Assembly: GCF_000150275.1 (NCBI RefSeq)
Contig: NW_002060948.1
Location: forward strand, 3,299,183 to 3,363,182
DNA length: 64,000 nucleotides
DNA from: Trichoplax adhaerens
Lineage: Eukaryota > Animalia > Placozoa
Direction: 5' to 3'
The notes beneath the pieces were generated by a model, which saw nothing but the letters and a program-made list of their open reading frames with translations, made no database searches and was not told the DNA's origin. The position numbers and the translations under genes are program-made. Shown here in pieces: positions 1 to 14,500 of this stretch (the stretch's first letter is position 1; the number at the start of each line of letters is the position of its first letter).

Positions 1-233
1 TTAACAAGTAGACCAAGGAGGCTGTTGTTGATCCAATTGGACCATTTTGAAAATCGCTATTTTCCAACATCTTTTACTGTCAAGGTAGTCGACTTTAAAA
101 AGTTGATCGACCAAGTTGAAGCGATCACCAAGGTGGAAGATTATGACAACGCTAGTTGCATCGTCCAGTCCAGCCCAAGATATCGTAGCAAACATTGAAT
201 GAATGTGGAGTAGTGGTACTAGACGATACTGAC

Positions 234-3200
234 ATGGTTCGATCTTATTTAAGTATATCCATTGCTTTCTTTTTTGTCTGCCTTCATTGCATTGCTGAAA
301 TTTTGAGATCGATCTGGCAATGGGTATTCCCAATTCGTCCGAAATCTCTCCACAATGAAATTATAGTCATTACAGGGGCTGGTAGAGGATTAGGTAAAGC
401 TTTGGCTTTAGAAACAAGTAAATTGGGTGCTATTGTGGTCATTTGGGATATCGATTCAGCCGCCAATCAATCTGTTGCTTGTGATATACGTAATTCTGGT
501 GGAATAGCTTATGATTATACGGTAAAAGTAACAGCAAAATGAATATTTCTAATTGTCCCATTCGCCTAGAAATCGACTACTGTACATCAGTCATCGCTGT
601 AGTATTCAATGGCTAGTTAATCTTGGCGATCATGTTGCGCACATATTTCCCAACTAGTCTAATATTACAACAATACTTGATCAATCAATCAATCCTAATG
701 TTATAGCCAGGTTGATATCTTGCAGCTATCGTGAATTCTCTATCTATATATACAGCACTGTGTAAAGGTTACAGTAGTAGTTGTCTAATCTGCATAAAAA
801 TCGGCTACTGTACATCAGATATTATTATTTTTTGAATGGTAGTCTTTACGATCAAGTTGACCACTTTCTCCCAACTACTCCTATCTTGATGCACTCGATA
901 CAGTACACTTTCAAGCCAAATGTTATCGCTCTACTTGATCAATATAATCCAAATCGTAGCCAAGTTGTCATCTTGCAGATGTTATTCTTTCGATAAAGTA
1001 TTGATAGATAAAGATAGGAGTAATAATTCTATACCTTATAGCTCTGTATTACTTTACCATGATACCGTTCACACGTGTACAGGAACGGTATGATGGATAG
1101 CATACGTAAAGAAGGCGTTGGCTGACTGACTGCAAAATAGTGTTACATAGATACAAAAACGCCTCTACAGTATTGTAAAAGATATTCTAGCCTTCAAAAA
1201 TAATTGATTAATTAATTAATCTAATTTTTAAACGTGAAATAGTAATGTTTCTCTACTTAGTTGACCATAAGTATCGCCTCAAGACGCACTACTAATTGTC
1301 CTTTCTTTCTTTTTGATCATCACTTTCAATAGATCGATATTACAAATAAAGAAGCTGTTTATGCAACTGCAGAAGCTGTCCTGACTGACATTGGACCTGT
1401 ATCTCTGCTAATTAATAATGCTGGTGTGGTCAATGGTAAAACTTTAATCAACAGCTGTGATAGTAAAATTGAAAAAACTTTAAATGTCAATATGGTTTCC
1501 CATTTTTGGGTAGGTTGATCTAACCAAATATCAAGATTGGTTATGGTTAGGTCGTACTAGTCTTATTAATTCCTTAAGATTGCGTCATAATCAATGATAC
1601 TGTATTAGAACTTGCCTAGTAGCTATAAATCAATTGATTACAGCTACATCTTGTACCGGTGTAGCTACATCATGAATGGAAGTATTCGCATAACTTGCTA
1701 GTGATTTCAGATTATTCGTTCAATTCATCTAGTCTTGAGTGATATGTGATTAAATTGAACTAGATTATCAGTGATCATGCAGTAAAATATATTAATTAGG
1801 TAATGATCAAGATATGCTTCGATAATCGCTTACCAAATTGACATTTTTAGATATCAACGTAGCCATCAGCAGTTGTGGTTGGCTATGTCGATCTGATACT
1901 GTCAATTAGTAGCAAATAGTTACACTAATAATGACATTATTGTAAACTTTGTTAACGACATAGCTGTCGAAAAGTTAAAGATAGCCTTCCATTGCATGTA
2001 TAAGTATTGGGTTGCAATAATGTAATTAGTTCGCTGCATATCATTGTAACGATGTTGTTTATAATCAGTATTTTTAATTCTCAGCGTTTAGTTATTTTGC
2101 GCTAGACTTTTTACACTTAAGTAGCATGAACATTATTACATTATAGTAGGATAGAATAAGGATGGCAACCCGGTGGACTTTTACGATTAGGTGGCTACAA
2201 CGAAGGCTAAGCTTACACTTAAAATATACGCATTTACCGATTCATAGCTATGGCTGATGAAATTATTATCTAGTTACGGCCTTTCAATTGTAGTCCACTA
2301 AAGTCAATAGGAATCTTGTTATTTTAGTTTAGTTTCTTATTGACTATACCAACGATGATAAGGACATAAATGCTCGCGGTGCAATCACTAAAGTCCATAG
2401 TAAAATTGATTATTTTCATTCGATTCCATTGACTACGCCAATTACATTATTTAATTTAATATCGGCCACTATCAACCTGTATAGTAGTTACATCAAATTA
2501 ATGATAGAATAACATTATCATTTTTAAATGAATATTGCAGACAATTAAAGCTTTCTTGCCTTCCATGATGGCAAAAAATCACGGTCATATCGTTGGGATC
2601 GCATCTCAACTCGGATTTATTGGTGCAGCTGGTCTAGTTGACTATTGCTGTTCTAAGTTTGCAGTACTTGCTCTTGTCGATTCATTAAGAGATGAATTAT
2701 GGATATCAAAATTTGATGGTGTACATTGCACATGTGTTTGTCCCTTCCTCATGGATACTGGTTTATTTCATGGTATTACTATAAGGTAAGCTCTCAATTT
2801 ATCGAGTAATTGTTAGTTGTTGTTTCGTTATTATACGTATATAATGGCTGTTATAGACAAGTAATAATACAGTCGGTGAGCGAAATGAACAAAAATATAA
2901 ACTGAATAGATGTGCTTAATCATATCACGTGAAGAGCAAAGTTTAAAATATTTAAGTAAAGATACCTCTAACTTTAAGTGGATTAGATATACATACGTAT
3001 TCTTACGTATTGCTTCATACTCGTAATTAGAATAAATTTGAAACTTTTGTCAAATTAGATTCTTACTCACTATGTTTTTTGATATACACCTATGGTAATA
3101 CCACAGATTTCCTACGTTATTCACTGCCATTAAGGCCGATGATGCTGCAAAATATATAATTGATGGAATTCGTCGAAACAAGCAATATGTTACTCTACCG

Positions 3201-3436
3201 AAATTATTGTATTTGGGTACCGTCCTAAAAAGGTAATTTGAGATGGAAACATGAGTTCATAATGCGTGTACTAAATTGAATTAATAAATTAACGTTACCG
3301 TAAAACGTTAACATTAACGAGGCAGTGATATATTGCATTAATTTGTCTTTACAGCATACTACCTGTTCCAGCACTCAATGAATTGTTGACTTTTGTTGGA
3401 ATGCATGATGCAATGAAAACATTTCAAGGACATTGA
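234..3436 (+). CDS. Short-chain dehydrogenase/reductase, SDR16C family (DHRS3/RDH10/SDR16C5-like retinol/retinal dehydrogenase); 5 exons: 234-521, 1333-1509, 2541-2785, 3107-3232, 3355-3436
   Basis: Spliced translation has an N-terminal hydrophobic anchor, TGAGRGLG cofactor motif, NNAG, catalytic YCCSK (YxxxK) and the C-terminus RFPTLF...LKSILPVPAL...MKTFQGH*. All introns are GT-AG and phase-compatible. Confidence 0.92.
572..985. repeat. Diverged tandem duplication (about 230-250 bp period) in SDR intron 1
   Basis: atcg(a/g)ctactgtacatcag at 572 and 800; tcccaacta, tacttgatcaat and tagcca.gttg..atcttgcag blocks recur in the same order. Confidence 0.6.
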
Positions 3437-5541
3437 CAGCGACTTTGTTCATTAATTGTATCGTATTATGTAATGATATGCTATAACATAAGTGCTTTTA
3501 TGATGCATTATCTAACATTATTGTGAATTATGTCTTTGGCTAAAGTACCTGTAGAACGATATTGAGATAATATCAGAATTATTCTTTATTCTTTAAGCTG
3601 ATTTTATTTTAAGATGCTTTTTTTAGAAAATTTAAATGAGATTTACAAATCGTTGTGTAATAGTCATAAATACATGCCCTGTTTTGTTTTATTTTGCTGT
3701 CATGTTCCGTTCAATTTGACGTTGGAATTAATGCATTCATGAAGCTATGCACAGAATATTCAATTTGCTTTTAAGGAGAGTAATATCATATGTGTTTACA
3801 AATTCTGGATTGGCAGGTATATTTTATTATTTTATACAGAACAGTAGAAAGTTGATGGCATACTTTGATTCGGATGGGGCAGATCTTCATTATATGTATA
3901 TATATCTGTACCAATTCAGTCTTCATTACAAAATGTTATAACTAATCTGTAATAATTTACAGTCTTCATTAACAAATATAATCAATTGCAATGTTATCGA
4001 AATTTCATAGAGAAAATCTAGCAATTGTATATGGTACTCCAAAATAATTGAGAAAATATCTTGAATTGTATGTGATGTTGTCCAGGTGATAAACATTCTA
4101 TTAATTAAAATATGGTAGAATAAGTCAAACCTATCAGCAAGAAGTTTGTTTTTATTTTTTTATTCTATCCTGTTAAAACGAAAAAGGAACGAACGCATTA
4201 CTTTCGTCACTTAACATAAGCTGAAGGTTAAAAAATTTTATAACCTAATGGCACTGCAGCCAAGTCAATCGCTATATACTGTTTCGAATATACACATGTT
4301 GTAACCTGAAGCTACTTTAGTAAATTAGTCATATATTTTACGCTAATTCTATCATTAAAAGTCCTTCTATAGAGTTAAACGAAATAGAATTATCGATAAG
4401 AACGAAAGACTTCTCCAATAGCTACCTAGTTAGAGCGTAATTCCTACTTTGAAATTTGCTTTTGGAAGCCAATATTAATCTCGCTTATAACAAAATATAT
4501 CGATAACTAAGCAATTGCAATATATTACATCTCAATATAGTAGAAATTTAAGTTATGATAATTATATGTATATGTTGCATGGCTATTAAATGGCAGTTAG
4601 CATTTAGTTTCTATAATTAATAAGATTCTAATTGGATATTGCTGTATCTGTTAATTTTTGCTGGCATTAAAATAAACGATCTCTAATCCTTTCATTCATA
4701 TTCGAAATCATGTTTTAAAGCTATTTCTTAAATTGTAAAGTAACAACATCAAGACCAAAAGTACTAATGCGTAACAGCAAAAAGGCAGAAAAAAAGTACA
4801 GTTTCTATTCTATTTATTATCTATGTACGAAACAAGGCATCATAAAGTGATTAGTTTAATTTCATAGATATACAACGCAGGTTATAATTATAATTTCACA
4901 GTACATAAAAGATTACGATATAAAATCAAATTGTTAATCAAAATAAACAATTCCATAAAGCCATAGAGATGATCTCATTGCTTTATAATCACAGAAAATA
5001 TTAAAAAATCCAACCGACAGTTCATAAAGTAACTGTATGTATAATACACAAATGTATTGTACATGAGAGTCGATTTAAATCCTTTCGAATATAGAATGCG
5101 GCAATATAAATAAATGGAGACTTTAGTCGATTGGCTAATCATTTTACTAATAATATCTGTGCATGCCATGATATATTGTACGTGTAAACTGAACAATTGG
5201 TTTTAAATAATATCAGTTTAACATTTGGGATAAAAGTAGAAGATAATTCGATATTACGGCAAATACTTAGCAATTTGCAATACAATTACAGTATTATAAT
5301 AAGTTTACAAAGTTATATAAATGTTTACTGATTTGCCGTTATATACTATAATTGTAACGAAAATATTGCGTCTTTGTGCGGGTTTGCTGCAGCACTGTAA
5401 TATGTACAAATGTAACTAACTTGAACATTTTTATAGATCCAATTACAATTGGGTCAAGAATATTTACGACATTTAATTATTAAACCATAAAATTAGCACG
5501 GTTTATAGTAGAAATGCAACATTCAAAAAATTTATAGTCTT

Positions 5542-8500
5542 TTAATAGTGATAGGTTTCGTATTCTTCATCTTCATCGACATCATTAATTAATGAAAGCT
5601 TTTCTTCGTTGTATATATTCATCGCGTACAGAATTTGTCGGCAAATCTATAGGAATAAGTAGAGCATCATAAATAATTAGTTTATGAAGTATACAACAGG
5701 TCTGGTTAAGTCTACGTTAATCTAAAACCTAAAATACCTCAGATGCAATAGTATAAATAGAAAAGAAGCTACTTTAACTAATGTTATAAATTATATAATA
5801 TCGATACCAAGTAACTTAAGTTTTCGGATAATAATGAAAAACCACTACTGTACCAAATTAACTTATTGATTTCTATGAATTAATAGGGGTTTTTAACAGT
5901 CACATAATTAAATATTTAGGCCTAAGTAGAAGAGTATACTTACTCTTTGAGCGCAACGCTCATCAGAACATCTGAATTGTGGTTTACTGTATTCTTCTCC
6001 ACTAGTATATGCGTAAGCCTTAGAGTAATCTCCTTTATAACATATTTCGATGGCATAATTATTGCCACTGACTAAATATTGACAACTAATCACATCCTTC
6101 AATTCAATAGTTTTTATTATTGACTCATCCGATGGAGGACCAGGTTTGACGATATAAATTCGTTTCGTTGATATAACAGCTCTAATTTGCCCACTCAAGT
6201 CTTCATTAAAGTTTTCAAAGGCAAGATATCTAAATTCGATAAAAAATTGTTCGCATCTATTAGTCGATCCAACTATAAATCGCTCTTTATATGATATTGT
6301 TTTAAATAATCGCCTACCTTTCGGAATTTTTACAATCTGAAATTTCATGCAAATAGTCTTGACCAAGCGCATCACGAGCTGAGTATCTCGGCAAGGTTCC
6401 ACCAGGTCCCATACACACGCGTCTAGGTCGGCACCTCTTAATTCGATGACTGGAATCGGAAGACGATGAAGTATCTCTAAGATAAGCTGCTGTTCCAGCT
6501 GCCAGATCCAATACTCCAGCAGCGGGCTTGGCTAGGGATCCAACTATCCCCTTCCCTAGACCACTGATAAAACCCTATGTATATTATCAACGTATAACGA
6601 ATAACAATCATTACAATAAATAAATAAAAGCTACAATAAATTAATAAAATTTTCGTAGCTTATGTATTCCTACAGAAAATCCCTTAGTGGCAGCTCCTTC
6701 AATTGATTCAGTTATGACACTAGTTACACCACTTAAGCCAGCGCCAAATCCTTTTATGCCAGCCTTAAACTGCTCTGATCCTCCTCCACGCGCATGCTCT
6801 AGTCTTATTTTTTCACGTCTATCCTTAAAATTGCTGTCAACGGAAGCTAAGCGACTTGAAATATTATCGGCAATCTGCAAAAATACCAATAAGAATAGTC
6901 ATGTGAATGCTTAAGAATTTATTGCCACTTAAATAATTATAATAAACCTTGGATGTTGAGTCCGAAATACCATGAGTAACTTTCGATAAGAAACCTACAA
7001 GATCTTGGTCAATTACAAGCTCAGATAAACCGGAAGCAACATCTTTATATAGACCAATAGGATTACCGAGGAAATCTACAGCGCCAAAGATTCTCAATGA
7101 TTGACGTATGACTTCCTACAATAAATAATTGAATAGTAACAAATTAGTAATTTATAATTACAATTCCAGGAGATTGTAAGGGCGATTATGAAATTAATTA
7201 TAGGAACGCACCTGTAAATAATGTCTTTTTAAATCGTCAAAAATCCTGTCGCTTTCATTTATCAAATGATGACGATTGTATTCACCTATAATTAAAATAA
7301 ATATGTTGTTTAGATTGCATATTATTGTAGCCCAAAAGTATTTAAAATATCATTGGAGTCATAAACCAAAAAATTGAACTGTATGAGAGTAGTACTCACT
7401 AAGTTCAATTTGTGCATTTTCAAGTTTCATGAGGAATAATCCTAGTTGGCTTCGCATTTTTCTTAATTCATTACTCAGTTTACTCGCAGTTGAAACACTG
7501 ATGCCGACTTTGATTTCAGGTATTCGAATCATGTTAAAGTAAAACTGTACAACATTATCGGCAATAGCATACCTTGATCTATGAATATTAGGAGGCAGAT
7601 ACACATAACGTCAGTCGGATTAATTAGGGTAAGCATATGCAGAAGTAAAAGATCTATGATGGCTATTTACCCTTGAAAATCGAAACCAGCTTCACTAGCA
7701 AAGCTATCGTGTTTTATTGCTTTCGGATAGCCAATCATTTGAAGGAATTTTAGCAGCAATAATTCATCGATATTTAAGGCGATCGGTTTCAATCCAAAAT
7801 GCAAGCGCTATAAATATAATTACAGATTACCTCGTCAGAATCATGGTAATACTTGTAGACTGTTTATACTGTAAACAGAAATAAAATACCTTAATGTTGT
7901 GTACATTATCGAAATGGCTAGGTAACATTACGACTGCTAAATGTAGAGCTGGTTGTCCATATTGTTCGTCATCCTTACTGCCAGGAGGCGTAATATAAAA
8001 AGTTACAGGATGCATTACATTTTCTAACTGATTGTCAATTTGTATATGCTGAATATTAATTTCCGCTGTTCGAGACGCCGATGTATGTATATAACTAATT
8101 TCAATTCCAGTTAGACTAAGGAAAAGTAATTCCTCTGGAAGAGATGTTACCATAGATACTCCAATACCGCCGGCTAAAAATAAGTGAATTTCAAACTCAC
8201 TCTTGTTTGTTACTGTATCGGATGTGCCGTAAATAAGCGATTTGTGTGCGTTTTGTTCTATCGAGCTGCTTTTGCTTTCATTCATTTCAGTTGGCACAGA
8301 CTTTATTCGGTTCATTTGAATTGGGAAATCTGATATTCGCAAAACACGCGTCGGCCCCTCACTTATCACAACCATTGATAACATTCCTGATCCCGGTCTT
8401 ACTTTTACGGGGACAATAATCTGATCATTAGGTTTCTCTTTACCACTATCCAAGTCTTTGTGTGGAAAGTTTGTAGCAAGATCTAGCACCGCTAGACACC

Positions 8501-11500
8501 CATGTTTTAGTTGCAAAGACCCTCCAAAAGCTTGCACTACTAATCCTGGCAAACGACAAGCTAATTGACCTTCTTTGGTGAAATGCCACGTTTGTGTGTC
8601 CACCCTTCGTTCGTCAGGCCGATTAAGAAATAACTGAAAGCAATTTTTCATCTTGCTCTCCTTTGCATCAAGGACTAATCCAATATTAAGCCCTGTGGAT
8701 TTTTTATTTGATAAAATTGATCCTTCATTGCATAATCTGCCAGCACTCGTCATCCGCCACAATTGCGATTTTCTTTCGTTTATTTTAGACCTAAAATAGA
8801 CTGTTGTATCTCTGGGAAAAGGAGCATCTAATACTAAGGCCATATTTTCTATGAAATCCTTTGATTTTGATCCTTTTTGTGGAAGATTCGCAAACTGTTT
8901 AGCAGTCAAGTAAATGCAGTTATCGTAATATAAACGACGCTCTTCGCCTACTTTTTGTAAATTAATCTTTTCCTCTGATCCAGTAGGTACACTAACTACT
9001 AGCTCTGGTTTAAACATTGGTTCATCAGTAGCATAAGGCATCGTACAATGTGGCATGAGAGTAGTCTGTAAATCACTTCTACAGGATTGATGAAATAATA
9101 TTGACACTTCAGCCATGTTATCGATTCTGTACGGAGGCAACAGTTCACTTGCTTCACTAAACAGAACACGTATAGAAGCGCCACTCTGCAGAATTTCCAC
9201 TCGCAAAAATAATGGTTTATTATCATCAACTCTCATAAAGATCTGAAATGAGTCCATTTTGTCAATTCGAAAGCCACCAGACCACCTGCACCCATTTACG
9301 TCTTCAGCTTTAATAGCTAGTAATCGATCAAGATCTAGTCGTGGCCAATGAAAAAGCGTAACACATCCAGGCAGTGCATACAGAGTTGCATCAGGATTAA
9401 TTGACTTTGTATTCGTTGTTACATATTGTTGAACATAGGCTAATTTATGATGAGTTCGATTCTCTAGCTGATATCTACAAGTAAAGGTAACAATTCTTGT
9501 AGCACTATATCGTCCTGATCCCGGCCTGGAATCGATACCAATTTCGTAAACTTGATCAGGCCTTCCCCCAGTTTGAATAGAATGAACTGATAGATAACTA
9601 GATGCTTCAGGTGAGAATCGTACACTCCATACAGGCTTTCCAGTATCGTATTCCTTGCCAACTCGTATTGAACATAAATTATTGGCTTCTACATCATTGA
9701 AAGAAAACAATAAAGGCTCTACATTTCTCGCAATTTCGTGTTCATGGAACTGACCAGCTGCTTCATCGCTTGAGTTGTCTTGCTTAAAGACGAGTGGGAT
9801 ACCACTTTTATTCATAAACCAATAGTTACAGAAAACAGAAATTTTTATTGTTGAATTATTAACTAGTGATAATTTAACATTAAGATTTAGCGGTCGTTGA
9901 TGACGATCAACCAGTGTTAAACGTCCAGCACCAGAACGACAACCGGGAGGAATAGTAATACTGTAAGAATATTGTTCGAATCCTTCAATTGTTGCTCCAA
10001 ATTCCATAGACGATAAAGGATCCATTTCATATAATGGCTTTTCTTTACCAACATCAGCTACACCATTTACGCTACCTAAGACAAATTTTATTCTGCACGG
10101 TAATAAATTCGCGACTACAACTACTGGCATAAAGGAGATTGTGTGAGCCGGCTGCTGAATATGACGTAATCTACCATCCAAAGAGGCTAAAGTGACATAT
10201 TCGCGTGGATAATTTTCTCTTTTGATCTTGGCACAGAACCAAAAGGATGAATTATCATCCTGACAATTACAACTATAAAGCCTGTTACAAACGGATTCTT
10301 CCTTACGAACTAAATGCCATACTACATTATCTGCAGGATAAGCCGTACCCCAGCGATACGGCCGAGCATATAGTTCATGCATGCAATATTGTAGCGGGAC
10401 TGAAGTAGTAGAACCAGATTCGAGTGGTGGCATTTCAAGTGATCCTTTAAATCCAGTATAAGTAGGTGTCTTAAAAAATAATTGTATCGGTGTATGTAGG
10501 AGATTCTTTATTTGTAGTGCAGAACGAACAGTAATAATCTTCTTTGAGCCAAAAACGGTAACGTCGAAAACGATACGAGCTGAAGGGGATTTATTCTTAT
10601 CTGTACCCGGATGATTTTGTGGTAGAGCTTGCCGGAAAAAGACACCCACGCGATCTACAGTTATCGGAGATACCATTTTCCAGCCATCAACTTGAACGGA
10701 AATCTGATGAACTTTAGCAATATGAGTGTTGGTATGCCTAAATTTTTCGCGATGTTCAAACGTAAATGGAATGTCTTCCTCAATACCGACTGGAATCCAC
10801 GTTAAATCTTCAGACTGATCATATGTAACTTGCTTCCTAATAATACCACTTTGCCCATAGGTAGCGGCAGTATTGCTGAAAGATAACGGCGCTGTTGTAA
10901 TTGTTGCAAAATGTAATGAACATCCAGTACGATTGCGAAGAATATACGGTATGTATGGTGCACGTCTTCTATTTTCTTTCACTTGTTTACTGGTATTAGT
11001 TGCAGGATTATTCGAAATGGCCGACTTGAACCTGTAAAAAAATATTGTCTGATTAAATTATTTTGTTAAATGCAAGTCCAGTATTAATGGCCTTATAATT
11101 ATAATACTTGTTAAATTCATCCACCCAGGTTTGTTGAGTGTTTTTGATAGTTTCCAAAAGAGACGATGTAACGTTTACGTCTAAACGATGCTTAGCTATC
11201 GCGGCAAAGGCAAGATTTTAGTGAATATTTTGTAACGATTTAACTACTAATGAAGTTGTTCCTAATAAAGTATGACACGAGTTTCCACGAATTTTTCGAT
11301 AAAGACCTATTTTGATAAGAACGTTAACAATTTAACGTTTTACCTTCAATCTTCGCAATAAAACGTTCCGGTTTGAGTAATTCCGATGATCTTTGCTTTC
11401 TCCATTGAATGTTATATCTATATTTTTACAAAAGAATGTTTATAATCCTTACATAAACATTTGAAAAACTTACGGTATGGAGAGTAATTTCAGATACTAA

Positions 11501-14500
11501 CGCCCAAGTTTCGATAACGGGCTCCCATGCGGATACACTTCGATTATAGTAATCAACACATAAACTTCCACGAAAATAGCTTCCGTTGCAGGATTGCATA
11601 TCATGAGATAATGTTAAATCTAAAATATGGTGAAACCTCTATTTAAGAAGATTCAATAACTAAGGCTATTACTATATTAATTTAGACATTACCGTTGATA
11701 GAAAGTTCGAAAAGAGGTACGTCATGATCACCGCAATCATCAATAACACACACGAGAAGATAAGGGACACGAATCTGTATATAAATGTAAAAATTAGTTT
11801 ATGAGAGTATACCTTCATACACATTCGAACGTTATCATGAAAAGTTTTTTATACGAGTAGAAGTGATAATCTGCTAAAAGGCTGAGCGCAAGTACCTTAA
11901 TTCCTGCAATACCAGTATTTGAATCTGCTCTTTCGCTATTACGGTGGATTCTTGGAGAACCATCGTGATTTCTTCGACTCGAACTATTATCAGTATTTTC
12001 TTCCTGTTCGAGTAACCAATTTGAAGCTTCTTCTAACTGATCTGATGTCCGTTGTAAAGCTTGAATGCATAGTTGTCTGTTAAATCCAAGAGCAAGCAAT
12101 TTCTCCAAATTCGAAACTGCAAAAGCAGTAATTTAAATTTTAATTGTCAAGTATTGTGACTATAAGGAATGTGCGTATGATTGCATTCGTACCACTTATT
12201 TCTGTAAGATCTTCGTCCATTATAGATTTTTTATTTAAACTAGGAGCCTCATTTGCAGATTTTTTACTTTCAGAACCAAATTTCGTTCTTGATAACGTAT
12301 TTAGAATGGTAATAAAAAGTTGAACGTCTTGATATGATACTCGTGTATTCAATGATGGAGTTGCTGATAGCTATAGCAAAAGGAATGACTGAATTAGCTA
12401 GCAGCAAAGGTATACTTATAATATTAGAGATTATATCAGATAAACTATACCTCCAGAGCTGGTAGCTGCTGCTGGGTTGCATCTGTTAAGCCAAAGGCTT
12501 TACTCGATAGTTCAGTTGCAGAATTGAGTTCTATCAGCAGTTGGAACGGATCTACTATCGAGAGAGCGCTACCGTCAATATCGCTCATATTGCACGAAAA
12601 AATTTCGAGACCTTGTAAACTGCAAGACAAAGGACGCTCAGAGGCTAGATGAGGACAAAATTTAAGAACTGCTGTACCCTATAATAGTAAACGAATGGCC
12701 CACCATTATTATTTGTAGTATTCTATCATAAGCTAAGAGTTTACCGCATTATGACAACGCAATGAAATACATTTAGTAATTCAAGTGAAATCGAACCTTT
12801 AAAATAATTGCGTTCGTGTCACGACATGAAGCGTCTTCCACAACTATTAATTCAGTCTCCGTCAGATTGAATTTTATTTCAGTTGGTCGCGTATCCTAAT
12901 ACAGAATTAATTATTAAATGGTGATATTTAGCGTTACAGATGTTAATGTTGTAACTATAATTGTTAAGGCTTTCGAAAATGTTCTATTGAATAACATACT
13001 CCATATTTCATGGCCATTCGACGAGTGAAAATTCCTGTACCCATCGATAAAATTGGAGTTCCTACAAGTTCATCCGGTATTGAAGGTGAAGCGGAAAGAG
13101 AATCCTCTACAGAAAGTGTGATACGCTTTCGCTATTACAAAATATTCGTTAACTATCGGCTACATAATTCTTTCAAATCAATTGCGTTACGTAATACCTA
13201 TAGGTTCCACTGTTTTCATTTCATTATCCTCAGCTTGAAAGAATGATCGCAATTCATTGAACCAGTCCAGTATACATATTATTCTTACTTCGTTGAAAAT
13301 TATAAGCAATTTTGTAGCAGTTCGTGTTTTCCGGTAATTTAATTCAGCTTGGACTGTATTAATTTCGTCTGCATACTTATTAGGATACGGTTGGAGCACT
13401 TTGCCAAAAATATTTTTACCTATAGTGTAAAAATCGTGTATAAATTATTTCTTAATGAATAATACATTAATACTATGGTTTTATTACACAGTTAATCTTA
13501 ATAGTAAAACTTTAATATCTACCTTCCGATCGAGTATCGTTAGCAATGATTGCATGACAGGATATATCAACAGTAATTGATTCATCAGAAAATCCATCAT
13601 ACATGATGCATGAATCAACCAGCTCGAATAGCGCCAACGAATTAGGTGTATTTTCTTTTCCAGTTTGAGAGCTCTTTAGAAATTCGATACGAAGATTAAG
13701 AAGGCCAAATTTGACGTGATTCATGATATAAACAGCTTCGTCTGCATTGGCCTAATTCCAAATTATTGAACATTTACTTCTCATACATCAATAGTTCTTA
13801 TGAACTAACGAATTTTGTGTGGTTACTGTAAATATAAATTACCTTTACGAATGACCTTTGTACTTCTGTTTGTGGCGAACTTATTTTTAGATTCCTTAAC
13901 TCGGCATTACTTGCCGATAAATTTTCATTCATTACTCCCATTAGCAAATCAAACTGCACCTTATCAAGTACGAAATGAGCGGTGGATAGGCTTCCAGAGA
14001 TAGAATTTTCTGGTACTGAAGAAATTAATATCGAACTGAGTATTGCGCTAGGAAATGCAAAATTTTTTTATGTCTACATACCATCATGTCTTGTGTAACA
14101 ATCGAGGTTTCTGATGACCTTTAAATTAAGGGCACATTTATCCTTAAGATAACGTTCACCATCATGCTTAAAACCCAAACGGTTATCTTCGTCGTCAGTT
14201 CTTACTGCAGAATATAAATCCATGTCTATAATTTCTATTTTAATACAGTCTAGAACGCAATTACGATAGCTTTCATCAATTGAGAATTCCTTCAACAGGA
14301 CATTAGAATAAGAGGGCCTTGAGATGTTTTTACTATTCGATGTCGTTCCATCATTGTAAGATTGAGAGATACAATTATTTATACGTAAGTGGCCTAAGTC
14401 AGCTACAATTAATTCAGAAGAATCGTGATTACGAGGCAAAATAATAACTGGGCTTCCCATTTCCATATTCATTAGCATCCTTGATTTTTGTTTCAATTCA

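Noticed and set aside
6257-6402. Apparent frameshift or premature stop in VPS13D (overlapping ORFs 5908-6402 and 6314-6511)
   Set aside because: A 61-nt GT-AG intron at 6257-6317 restores the frame (...NSER/CEQFF...).
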